NCBI GenBank assembly: GCA_964596165.1
Contig: CAZQTW010000003.1
Span: 43,216 to 107,215, forward strand
Origin: an uncultured Planctomycetales bacterium
GTDB lineage: Bacteria > Planctomycetota > Phycisphaerae > UBA1845 > JAFGLZ01
Length of the DNA: 64,000 nucleotides
Reading direction: 5' to 3'
In this document: one piece after another, positions 29,639 to 38,143 of the stretch
Layout: each line of letters begins with the position of its first letter
Position numbering within the stretch: position 1 is the stretch's first letter
The notes under the pieces: generated by a model
What the model saw: the letters and a program-made list of their open reading frames with translations, nothing else
Database searches by the model: none
Told to the model about the DNA's origin: nothing
Translations under genes and position numbers: made by a program

Positions 29639-31101
29639 AGATAACCCCGCCGCTTGAGTTCGCCGCGGAATCGTTCCATGCCGTCGTCGTAGGCGTGGAC
29701 CAGGCGCTCATCCGGTTCCACCCGACGGCTCACGCGGACCAGCCTTCGGATGGCCTCCCGGCAGTCGCCGATATGTGCGGTGGCCGCGAGGATTGCCGCG
29801 CCGATCGCGCAATCGGGATGTTCCGGAACGACGTATTCGCGTCGATTAACGGACGCGCGGATACGCAACCAGGTTTGGCCGGCGACGGCGCCGCCGGTGG
29901 CGTAAATCGTATTGGCGATCGGAAACCCCAATGCGGCGAACCGCTCGATTCCGAGTCGTTCCAGATAGGCGACTGCCTCCATGCCCGCTGCGAATCGCTC
30001 CGGGTCGCACTCAATCCGGTCAAGTCCGAACCCCCTGGCCTGTGGGCAGGCGAAGGGAAATCTCTCGCCCTCCTTGGTCAATGGATACACGGCGTGCTTC
30101 GTAGGCAAGAGGGCGGCCGCCTCGCGTCCGAGGGCATCGAGGTCCGTCTGCTGGGCGAATTGGGCAGTGATCCATTCGGCGCCGGTACTGGAGGCGGAAC
30201 CGGGCAGATAGCCGCCCGCCGGGTGGCGGTGGTTGTAGATCGCCCCAGCCGGATCGATCACGGGCTTGTCGGCCACCGCCTTGAACACCAAGGTTGTCCC
30301 AAGGGTCACATTTAGCTCGCCCGTGCGGCTTGCCCCCGAGGCCAGGCAACCGGCCGTCCCGTCCGTGCAGCCGGCGACGACCGGAACGCCAGCGGGCAGG
30401 CCCGTGGTGGACGACGCCTCGGGTATGACTTTGCCGATGGCGACTCCCGGCAGAACGATTCGAGGCAGTCGTGCCAGTGGAATGCCCAGGCTATGTTCGA
30501 TTTCCGGCGGCCAGCTCAACTGTCCGATGTCGGCGCCGGTTTTGAGCGCCGTGGAGACATCGGTGATGTTGTAGTGGCCGGAGAGCATGCCGACGATCCA
30601 GTCGGTCTGATGGACGATCCGGCGGCACTTGGCGAAGATTTCCGGCTGCTTCTGGGCCAGGTGCAGGATCTTGGGTAGCGCGAACGAGGCGGCCATCTCG
30701 ATTCCGTAGGTGCCGAGCGTCGGTCGAAGGGCATCCGCGCATCGGCGCGTCTGCTCGGACGCACGGAGGTCGTTGTACATGATGCCGGGCGTGAGCGGGC
30801 GGTTGGCGTCGTCCACCAATAGGAATGTCCCAGACGTCGCATCCACGGCGATGCCGACGAGCTCGTGATCACCTGTCAGGGCCGCCGTCGTTTGCCGCAG
30901 GGCGGCCTGTGCGGCGACGGTCCAGGCATTGGGGTCCTGTTCGACGCAAGGTCCGGAGGTGCGCAAGGCGGTGACCGGCAGATCGGTCCGGCCGGTAGCG
31001 ACCACGTGGCCAGTAAGGTCGACGGCCATCGCGCGTGCGCCGCCTGTGCCCATATCAAGGCCGATCACAATGGGTTGCCTATTACTCATCATTCCTCGCA
31101 T
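29635..31101 (-). CDS. FGGY-family carbohydrate kinase
   Basis: The N-terminus is IVIGLDMGTGGARAMAVD. The C-terminal segment IYATGGAVAGQTWLRIRASV fits the two-domain FGGY pattern. 488 aa. Confidence 0.85.
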   Translation of the reverse strand: MRGMMSNRQPIVIGLDMGTGGARAMAVDLTGHVVATGRTDLPVTALRTSGPCVEQDPNAWTVAAQAALRQTTAALTGDHELVGIAVDATSGTFLLVDDANRPLTPGIMYNDLRASEQTRRCADALRPTLGTYGIEMAASFALPKILHLAQKQPEIFAKCRRIVHQTDWIVGMLSGHYNITDVSTALKTGADIGQLSWPPEIEHSLGIPLARLPRIVLPGVAIGKVIPEASSTTGLPAGVPVVAGCTDGTAGCLASGASRTGELNVTLGTTLVFKAVADKPVIDPAGAIYNHRHPAGGYLPGSASSTGAEWITAQFAQQTDLDALGREAAALLPTKHAVYPLTKEGERFPFACPQARGFGLDRIECDPERFAAGMEAVAYLERLGIERFAALGFPIANTIYATGGAVAGQTWLRIRASVNRREYVVPEHPDCAIGAAILAATAHIGDCREAIRRLVRVSRRVEPDERLVHAYDDGMERFRGELKRRGYL

Positions 31102-31395
31102 TTAGGGAGCCTACTCTACTCTGCTCTGTAGCCATTGGCCACTACAGAAGGCTATCTGCATGCCCACGCAAGCGTGGGACGTGCCACCCGTCGGCACTGG
31201 CAGGCAAGCCGCCAGTGGCACACGGTGTGGGTCACCTCTATAAGGTTAGATTTGACAATTGGATACATCGGGGCATGTGCAAGCTTTCACCACGACTTAT
31301 AGCTTAACCCGACCCTTCGTCAGACCGATAAAACTTGGGCGATTGCGAGGATTCCGCGCGGAGTGCGCTGACCTGGCTGGAGCCGTCTGGGCAAC

Positions 31396-31608
31396 GTGGG
31401 ACCGGGAGCTTGCGCTCCTCGGCTCTGTTCGGATAGCGGATGGGGGCGAGGACAGTCCGGTTGGGAGTGGGACCGGGAGCTTGCGCTCCTCGGCTCTGTT
31501 CGGATAGCGGATGGGGGCGAGGACAGTCCGGTTGGGAGTGGGACCGGGAGCTTGCGCTCCTCGGCTCTGTTTGGACGGCGGAAGGGGCTGCAGACGGTCC
31601 GGCTTCGC
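31396..31608. repeat. 71-bp tandem direct repeat: two identical copies plus one diverged copy
   Basis: The unit GTGGGACCGGGAGCTTGCGCTCCTCGGCTCTGTTCGGATAGCGGATGGGGGCGAGGACAGTCCGGTTGGGA occurs at 31396-31466 and 31467-31537, apparently identical. A third copy at 31538-31608 has an identical first 34 nt, then about 65% identity. Each unit contains the hairpin CCGGGAGC-TTGC-GCTCCtCGG. The array lies in a divergent intergenic region. Confidence 0.85.
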
Positions 31609-31698
31609 GGCGCTACGCCGTGACAGGCCCGGCTCGGAACGACAACCGGACCGACACGGTCCGGCTCTGAATAGGTGTTGGTGCAAAGGAGCTGCTGC

Positions 31699-32484
31699 AT
31701 GTGGCAAGGTCATCGAGTGTCGGTCATCCTGCCCACGTACAACGAACGCGATTCCATCCGTGACGTGATCGAACGATTCGAGCGGACCGGCTACGCCGAC
31801 GAGATCATTGTCGTGAACAACAACGCCGCGGCGGGCACGGCCGAAGAGGTCGACAAGACGTCGGCGATCCAAGTCTTCGAAGAGCGGCAGGGCTACGGGG
31901 CGGCGATTCAGCGGGGCTTTCGCGAGGCGACCGGCGACTATATCTTCGTTTGCGAGCCGGACGGCACGTTTGAACCGGCGGACATCATCAAGTTTCTTGC
32001 CTACCTGAATGACTTCGACATGGTCATCGGCACCCGGACGAGCCGCGAGTTCATCTGGGAAGGGGCCAACATGGGCTTCATGCTCAAGTGGGGCAACTGG
32101 GCCGTGGCCAAGATGCTCGAATTCCTGTTCAACACGACGCTCCTGACGGACGTCGGGTGCACGTACCGGGCGATCCGGCGGTCGGCACTGATGCGGATTT
32201 GGAACCGGTTCGAGGTGCTCGGATCGCACTTCGGCCCGGAGATGATGCTGCACGTGATTCTCAACGGCATCCGGTTTACCGAGATTCCGGTGAACTACAA
32301 GAAGCGGGTCGGGGTCTCATCGGTTACGGGGAGCAAGGTCAAGGCCTTCGTGCTGGGCATGACCATGATCGGAATGATCCTGAAGTATCGGTGGATCAGC
32401 ATGACCGGCAGATACTGGCGCCGGCCGGAGAGCCGGCCCGAGCCGCAGGCGATTCCGCAGCCCGCCCTGTCTCGGGCTTCGTAG
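31699..32484 (+). CDS. Family 2 glycosyltransferase, dolichol/polyprenol-phosphate mannose (Dpm1/Ppm1)-like
   Basis: VSVILPTYNERDSIRDVIERF...EIIVVNNN...FVCEPDGTFEP...MMLHVILNGIRFTEIPVNYKKR is the Dpm1-type pattern. AAAGGAG lies 7 nt before ATG 31699. Confidence 0.85.
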   Translation: MWQGHRVSVILPTYNERDSIRDVIERFERTGYADEIIVVNNNAAAGTAEEVDKTSAIQVFEERQGYGAAIQRGFREATGDYIFVCEPDGTFEPADIIKFLAYLNDFDMVIGTRTSREFIWEGANMGFMLKWGNWAVAKMLEFLFNTTLLTDVGCTYRAIRRSALMRIWNRFEVLGSHFGPEMMLHVILNGIRFTEIPVNYKKRVGVSSVTGSKVKAFVLGMTMIGMILKYRWISMTGRYWRRPESRPEPQAIPQPALSRAS

Positions 32485-32553
32485 CCACGGCCGGCAGGCC
32501 CCCAAGGACGTGGGAACGCGTCGCACGGATCGCGATGCCAACGGCAGACGGAC

Positions 32554-34761
32554 ATGAAAGACCTCTTCGAGCAACGATTCGGCAGCCGCGGGAGCTTTCG
32601 TACCACACTTCGGCGCGAGGTGGCGGCACTTCATCGACCGACGTTGCCGCGGTTGGTCGAAGCGAAGGTCGAGGCGGAACAGTCAATCCCGGCGATGCGA
32701 ATCCTCTCGATCGTTGCCGTCCTCGGCCTCTGGCTGCTGCTGAACGTGCGGCTCGGCTATCGACTGGAGGACTCGGTCCTCTATCTGACGATGGCCAAGC
32801 AGCAACTCGACCCCTCGTTGTATCCGAACAACCCCCTCGTGGATCATCTGCGGCGGATGCCGTACCCGCTCTACCGAGCGATGACGCTGATTCTGGACGG
32901 TCCGCTGGGACTGTGGGGGCACGTTGTGGCGGCGGTTGCGATGCGGCTGGCATTTGTGGCGGCATTGTGGCTGTTGATGAAAGAGCTGACCGAGTTGCGG
33001 TGGGCGGCGTTTCTGGGCTGCCTCGCGGTGATCTTGCAACCGCTTTACTACGGGACCCTTGCGTGGACCGAATTGATCAGCCCGGAATTCGTCCAGGGGG
33101 ATCTTGGGAAGATCGTCCTCATGGGTGCCGTGGTGGCGTGGCTACGCGGCCGACCAATCCTGACGGCAACGATCCTTGGGCTTGGGTTTACCATTCATCC
33201 TATCTACAGCGTGGCGACGGCGGTCATGCTCTGGCCGGACGCGATATGGCGGGCGCGGCGTTTGGGAATGCGGCAGATCCTCGCGGCTTTGGCTACGGGA
33301 GCCGTCCTGGCTGCCCCGACGGTTGTGAGCATTATCCGGTCGCTTCCGTCATCCGGCGGGGCGACAGAAGCCGATCAGATTCAGCTCATCCGGTTCTTCA
33401 ATTACTTCCACGTGTACCCCAGCCTGTTCCATCGGTGGGAGTATGTGGGCTTCATCGGGGCGGCGACGGCCGGCGTGGTGGCCTATGCGATCATCGCACC
33501 CCAGTTGGCCGATCGGGCGGGGATGCTCTTGCGATTCGCCATGGGCATCGGGCTGTGGTGCGCGGTGGGGACCCTCTTCGTCGAGTGGATGCCGCGCGTG
33601 GCCGTCATGCAGATGATGCCGTTTCGCGTGACGCTGGCCGTCCGGTTGCTTGCGACCGGCATGGTGGTCTTTGCCTCGATTGAGATGATCCGGCGACGCG
33701 CCTGGGTGCCTGTCGGGCTGGCGGTCGCATGGCTTACGATGCTCATGCTGGCGGTGAAGTTCGTTCCATGGATCACGCTAGTCGTGGCCCTGTGGCTGCT
33801 GGGCACGCGCCGAGGCGTCCGCTCCATGGGTGCCGCGATCCTTGCCGCCGTGAGTTGCGGTCTGATGGTGTGGATTGATCCGGATCAACTTCCGTGGCGA
33901 GGGGGGTTCCCCTGGACGGCCATCGGCGTGGTGGCGGCAGGCTTCGGCCTGTTGCTTCTGGAACCCCGCATCACGCGGTGGCTGGCCGCGAGCGAGCTCT
34001 CGAGGCAAGACGGGGCTCGTGCGGGACGTCTGCCCACGCGAGAGGCAAGCCTCGTGGGGCTTCCTTTGAAGATCGATGGGCGATTGATTTCGGGGGGCCT
34101 TATCAGCCGGTTATGTTGGGTCACTCTCATAATCCTTGCCGGGATGGTGCGTTTCGGTCGGCAGTCCAACGGCGTGTGGGGTGCGCAGTTAACGTCCAGG
34201 CCATGGTTGTCACCGGGAGGGTATGACACCGGTCAGGACGCGTGGCAGGGGGTGATGCGTTGGGCCCGAACGTACACGGCCGGCGGGGCAACTTTCATCA
34301 CGCCGCCCGACCTGCTGGGATGGACGTGGTACAGCGAGCGGAACACGTTGGCGACGTATCAGCTCGGGATGCAGAGTGTGTGGGACCGACGCTACGGTCC
34401 CACGATGAAGGCGCGACTGGCGGATATCGGCTGCGTTCGGCCGTGGGCGCCGGGTTCGAACTACCACGCCTTCGACGAACGTCGACTATTGGACGTGGTT
34501 CGGCGATATCACGTCGACTACATCGTGTGGAAGAAGTCCGAGCGAAATCGCATGGACTGGCCGACGGTCTACGAGAATCGCGACTACCTTGTCTACGACG
34601 TGCGACGTGCGAGGGACACGGCACGGTGGGGCGATGTTCGCAAGACGAGGGATCATGAGCTGCCGGCCTGCCCGGAGACGGTAGCCGGCGCGAAGGCCAT
34701 TGCGGTCGCACGAGCCGGCCGAGACGCTCGCGGTCCGAGTCTTTTCGGTTCGAGAGGATAG
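32554..34761 (+). CDS. Uncharacterised 735-aa polytopic membrane protein with a C-terminal soluble domain (possible GT-C-like transferase or polymerase)
   Basis: More than 12 hydrophobic helices cover the first ~470 aa. An acidic first-loop segment (GYRLEDSVLY) is present. The ~200-aa C-terminal domain reads TFITPPDLLGWTWYSERN...YHVDYIVW. No family recognised with confidence; the start is uncertain. Confidence 0.6.
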   Translation: MKDLFEQRFGSRGSFRTTLRREVAALHRPTLPRLVEAKVEAEQSIPAMRILSIVAVLGLWLLLNVRLGYRLEDSVLYLTMAKQQLDPSLYPNNPLVDHLRRMPYPLYRAMTLILDGPLGLWGHVVAAVAMRLAFVAALWLLMKELTELRWAAFLGCLAVILQPLYYGTLAWTELISPEFVQGDLGKIVLMGAVVAWLRGRPILTATILGLGFTIHPIYSVATAVMLWPDAIWRARRLGMRQILAALATGAVLAAPTVVSIIRSLPSSGGATEADQIQLIRFFNYFHVYPSLFHRWEYVGFIGAATAGVVAYAIIAPQLADRAGMLLRFAMGIGLWCAVGTLFVEWMPRVAVMQMMPFRVTLAVRLLATGMVVFASIEMIRRRAWVPVGLAVAWLTMLMLAVKFVPWITLVVALWLLGTRRGVRSMGAAILAAVSCGLMVWIDPDQLPWRGGFPWTAIGVVAAGFGLLLLEPRITRWLAASELSRQDGARAGRLPTREASLVGLPLKIDGRLISGGLISRLCWVTLIILAGMVRFGRQSNGVWGAQLTSRPWLSPGGYDTGQDAWQGVMRWARTYTAGGATFITPPDLLGWTWYSERNTLATYQLGMQSVWDRRYGPTMKARLADIGCVRPWAPGSNYHAFDERRLLDVVRRYHVDYIVWKKSERNRMDWPTVYENRDYLVYDVRRARDTARWGDVRKTRDHELPACPETVAGAKAIAVARAGRDARGPSLFGSRG

Positions 34762-34767
34762 AGGACT

Positions 34768-35997
34768 ATGTCGGGATCCCTGGTGGTTGTGGACGGCGTG
34801 TGGAAGCGCTTTCGACTGGGCGAGAGCGGTGGGAGCCTTCGCGAGGTCCTTCCGCGGTTCTTCGATTTGTTGCGGGGCCGCCGTCGGTCCGAGCGTGAGG
34901 CGTTCTGGGCGTTGCGGGACGTGAGCGTTCGGGCCCAGCCGGGCGAGGTGTTGGGCATCATCGGTCCGAACGGCGCCGGCAAGAGCACGCTTCTGAAACT
35001 TCTGTGCGGGATTCTGAAGCCCGACCGCGGGTCCATTCGCACGAAGGGGCGAATGTCGGCCCTGATCGAGGTGGGGGCGGGGTTTCACCCGGATCTTACG
35101 GGGCGCGAAAACATCTATCTGAACGGAAGCATCCTGGGCATGTCGCGGGCGGAGATCTCGAGCAAGCTCGATTCGATCATCGACTTTGCCGGCCTGGGGG
35201 ATTTCATCGATACACCGATCAAGCGGTACAGTTCGGGCATGGTCGCGCGGCTCGGGTTTTCCGTGGCCGCGCAACTCGAGCCGGACGTCCTTCTGGTGGA
35301 CGAAGTCCTCAGCGTGGGCGACTTCAGTTTCCAGATCAAGTGTTTCCGGCGCATGAACGAGATTCGGCGGCGCGGGACGACGGTGGTCTTCGTCAGCCAC
35401 AACATGCAGGCCGTCTCGACCCTTTGCGATCGATGCGCGGTGCTCAAGCGCGGCGAGGTTTTCTTCGAGGGCACAGCCGAGGAGGCCACCCGGCGATACC
35501 TTGACGCCATGGGCGAGCACCTCTGCCACGATGCCGAAGAGGGTCGTGGCGAGTTGCTGACCATCGAATCCGCCGAGTTGCTCGACGCGGACGGGCGACC
35601 CACTCATATCGTGCAGGCCGGCGAGCGATGCACCGTTCGCTTGCGGTTCCACTGCAACCACGACATGCCGGACGCCGGCTTGTCGCTCCGCGTGATTCAT
35701 GACCATCGCACGGCGATCTTCGACCAGACGACCGCCGTGGAGGGTCATTTCTACGATTTGCGTCAGGGACGGATCTACGAAGCCGCCTTTGGCTTGACCG
35801 CGAATCTTGCCCCCGGGCCGTACGGCGTCGGTCTTAACTTCTTCAATCGCCACAGCATGGACTTCTACTTCTGGGCCGACAACGTGCTTCAGTTCTCGGT
35901 GCCCGGCAAGCGGTTGACCGACAACCTGGTTCACATGGACTGGAGTTACCGGATCGACCCGGCGGACGAGCCGGTCCTAACGGGAGGGACGGCATGA
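34768..35997 (+). CDS. Polysaccharide/O-antigen ABC exporter ATP-binding protein (Wzt/TagH-like) with a C-terminal beta-rich domain
   Basis: Walker A is GPNGAGKSTLLK, the signature is YSSGMVARLGF and Walker B is LLVDEVLSVGD. About 160 extra C-terminal residues resemble Wzt glycan-binding domains. Confidence 0.88.
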   Translation: MSGSLVVVDGVWKRFRLGESGGSLREVLPRFFDLLRGRRRSEREAFWALRDVSVRAQPGEVLGIIGPNGAGKSTLLKLLCGILKPDRGSIRTKGRMSALIEVGAGFHPDLTGRENIYLNGSILGMSRAEISSKLDSIIDFAGLGDFIDTPIKRYSSGMVARLGFSVAAQLEPDVLLVDEVLSVGDFSFQIKCFRRMNEIRRRGTTVVFVSHNMQAVSTLCDRCAVLKRGEVFFEGTAEEATRRYLDAMGEHLCHDAEEGRGELLTIESAELLDADGRPTHIVQAGERCTVRLRFHCNHDMPDAGLSLRVIHDHRTAIFDQTTAVEGHFYDLRQGRIYEAAFGLTANLAPGPYGVGLNFFNRHSMDFYFWADNVLQFSVPGKRLTDNLVHMDWSYRIDPADEPVLTGGTA

Positions 35998-37007
35998 GTG
36001 CAGAGTGCCGGACATGCGGAGATCTGATTTCCGTCGTCATGCCGTGCTACAACGCAGCGCCGTACGTGCGTGAGGCGATCAACGACGTCCTGGGGCAGAC
36101 GTATCGTCGCGTCCGGTTGATTGTGGTGGATGACGGGTCGACGGACAATTCGGCTGATATCGTATCGGAGTTCGGCTCGCGGGTGACCTTAATCCGCCAG
36201 GCAAACGCGGGTTCGTCGGCCGCGAGAAACGCGGGATTGCGTTTGGCCGAGGGGGAGTATGTGGCGTTCTTGGACGCCGACGATCGTTGGGATCGGTGTT
36301 TTCTGGAGACGATGGCCGACGCGCTGGCCGATGGACAGGCGGATCTGGCCTATTGCGGGTGGGCGCGGTTCTGGGGCGATCTCAGCTCCGCCAAGCCCTT
36401 CATTCCGCGCGACCTTGAAGCAGGCGAACGGGGTAAGTTGGAGCGGATGCTGGAGGCATGTCCGTTTCCGATTCACGCCGTGCTGGTCCGTCGCGAACGG
36501 CTTGTTGAAGCAGGGGGGTTCGATCGGCGATTTCCTCCGGCGGAGGACTACGAGCTGTGGTTGCGCGTGGCGACCCGGTGCCGATTCAAGCTTGTTCCGC
36601 GGGTCATGGCCTACTATCGTCGCCATCCGGCGCAGCAGACGGCGAATCACTTCCATCTGACACTGATGCGGTGGCGGGCCTTGCGACATTTCATCACCGC
36701 GCACTGGGCCCACGTGCAGGATGTTGTCGGCGATCATGTCGGCGAGCAGATCGACGGCGTGTTCCGTCGGGAGGGATATGCGGCCTATTGGCGAGGCGAC
36801 CTCGTCACCGCGAGACGGTGTTTCCGTCAGATGATGCGAATGGGACAGACGGGATGGCATGATCTCAAGGTCGTGTTGCCCAGTCTGTTGCCGTTGTCGC
36901 TGCATCGGGGGCTTCTGCGACTGAGGGACGGTGTTCGAGAGAGAGGGCCTGCGTCGACGGTGGGCCCAACGTCCGGAGGGTTACCGGTTGATCCGCGGCC
37001 GGTCTGA
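35994..37007 (+). CDS. Family 2 glycosyltransferase
   Basis: ISVVMPCYNAAPYVREAINDVLGQTY...VVDDGSTDNS...FLDADDRW. The ATGA start overlaps the upstream stop. Confidence 0.85.
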   Translation: MSAECRTCGDLISVVMPCYNAAPYVREAINDVLGQTYRRVRLIVVDDGSTDNSADIVSEFGSRVTLIRQANAGSSAARNAGLRLAEGEYVAFLDADDRWDRCFLETMADALADGQADLAYCGWARFWGDLSSAKPFIPRDLEAGERGKLERMLEACPFPIHAVLVRRERLVEAGGFDRRFPPAEDYELWLRVATRCRFKLVPRVMAYYRRHPAQQTANHFHLTLMRWRALRHFITAHWAHVQDVVGDHVGEQIDGVFRREGYAAYWRGDLVTARRCFRQMMRMGQTGWHDLKVVLPSLLPLSLHRGLLRLRDGVRERGPASTVGPTSGGLPVDPRPV

Positions 37008-37093
37008 TCGAGGCAAGGCTCTCTCGGCGGGCAGCGGCGGATGAGACCCGCCCAGCGAATCGCCGGCTAACGTTCCGGCCAGGACATCGAGAA

Positions 37094-38101
37094 ATGGGCA
37101 GAATCACGATGGCTTCAGAGCTGATCGGCGCGGGCGGTGAGCCCGATCTGTCGGTTATTATCTGTACGCACAATCGGGCCGACAGCCTCGATCGGACGCT
37201 GCGAAGCATCGACAGGGCGGTCCGGCCACGAGGCTGTCGTTGGGAATTGCTCATCGTCGACAATCGCTCCGCTGATCGCACGCCGGCCGTTGCGTCGGCG
37301 TGGACGGAACGGCTGCCGTTGCAATACGTTTACGAGCCGGAACCCGGTTTGTCCGCGGCGAGAAACCGGGGGGTCGCTGAGGCACGCGGACGTTTGCTCG
37401 CCTTTACGGATGATGATGTCGAGGTGGATCCGGGATGGCTGACGAGCCTGGTGGCCGCCCGCGATCAATGGCCGAAAGCGGGCTATCTTGCCGGGAGGAT
37501 TTTACCCGCCTATGAACCGCCACTCCCACGATGGTGGGACCATGCGTGTGAATCGCTGCTATCCGGCGTGGTCGTCCGGTTTTCGCCGGAGCGAAATGGC
37601 GGTCTGCTGTTGCCGAGCGATCCACGGCCGATGGGTGCGAACCTGGCCTTCGACGCGGCGGCGCTTCGGGCGGTCGGCGGATTTCGGAAAGATCTGGGTC
37701 GCCGCGGCGCATCGCTGGTTGGCGGCGAGGAAGTGGCGGTCATGGCGGCGCTCGAGCGTGCGGGGTTTGTTGGGGTCTATGTGCCGGAAGCGGTTGTGCA
37801 CCATCACACGCCCACCGATCGACTGCGTCAGATGACGCTTCTGAGGTACTTCACGGCCGTCGGGATCGCGGCCGTTCGAATGGGCACCTTCTCCCCGGCC
37901 AACCGGCTGGGGCCACCCCGTTGGTGGCCGGCCAAGGTTATTGCGAGCGGTTTTGGCTTTGTGCGCGATCGTTCTACCCAGCCGGCCGCGCGGTGGCTTA
38001 CCTCCATGCGCACATTTTGCTTCTACGTTGGGGCGGGGATCGAGTTGCTCAGGAAGGCTCCACACGACAGACCGGACACGTCGGCAGCATGGGCTGTCTG
38101 A
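37094..38101 (+). CDS. Family 2 glycosyltransferase
   Basis: LSVIICTHNRADSLDRTLRSI...IVDNRSADRT...FTDDDVEVDPGW. Confidence 0.85.
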   Translation: MGRITMASELIGAGGEPDLSVIICTHNRADSLDRTLRSIDRAVRPRGCRWELLIVDNRSADRTPAVASAWTERLPLQYVYEPEPGLSAARNRGVAEARGRLLAFTDDDVEVDPGWLTSLVAARDQWPKAGYLAGRILPAYEPPLPRWWDHACESLLSGVVVRFSPERNGGLLLPSDPRPMGANLAFDAAALRAVGGFRKDLGRRGASLVGGEEVAVMAALERAGFVGVYVPEAVVHHHTPTDRLRQMTLLRYFTAVGIAAVRMGTFSPANRLGPPRWWPAKVIASGFGFVRDRSTQPAARWLTSMRTFCFYVGAGIELLRKAPHDRPDTSAAWAV

Positions 38102-38143
38102 CAAAAGGACTCTTCGTTCCGACCGGCCCCCTTTGTCGGCGCG

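Noticed and set aside
31396-31608. CRISPR array
   Set aside because: The units are directly abutting 71-bp tandem copies with no unique spacers. No cas genes are present in the window.
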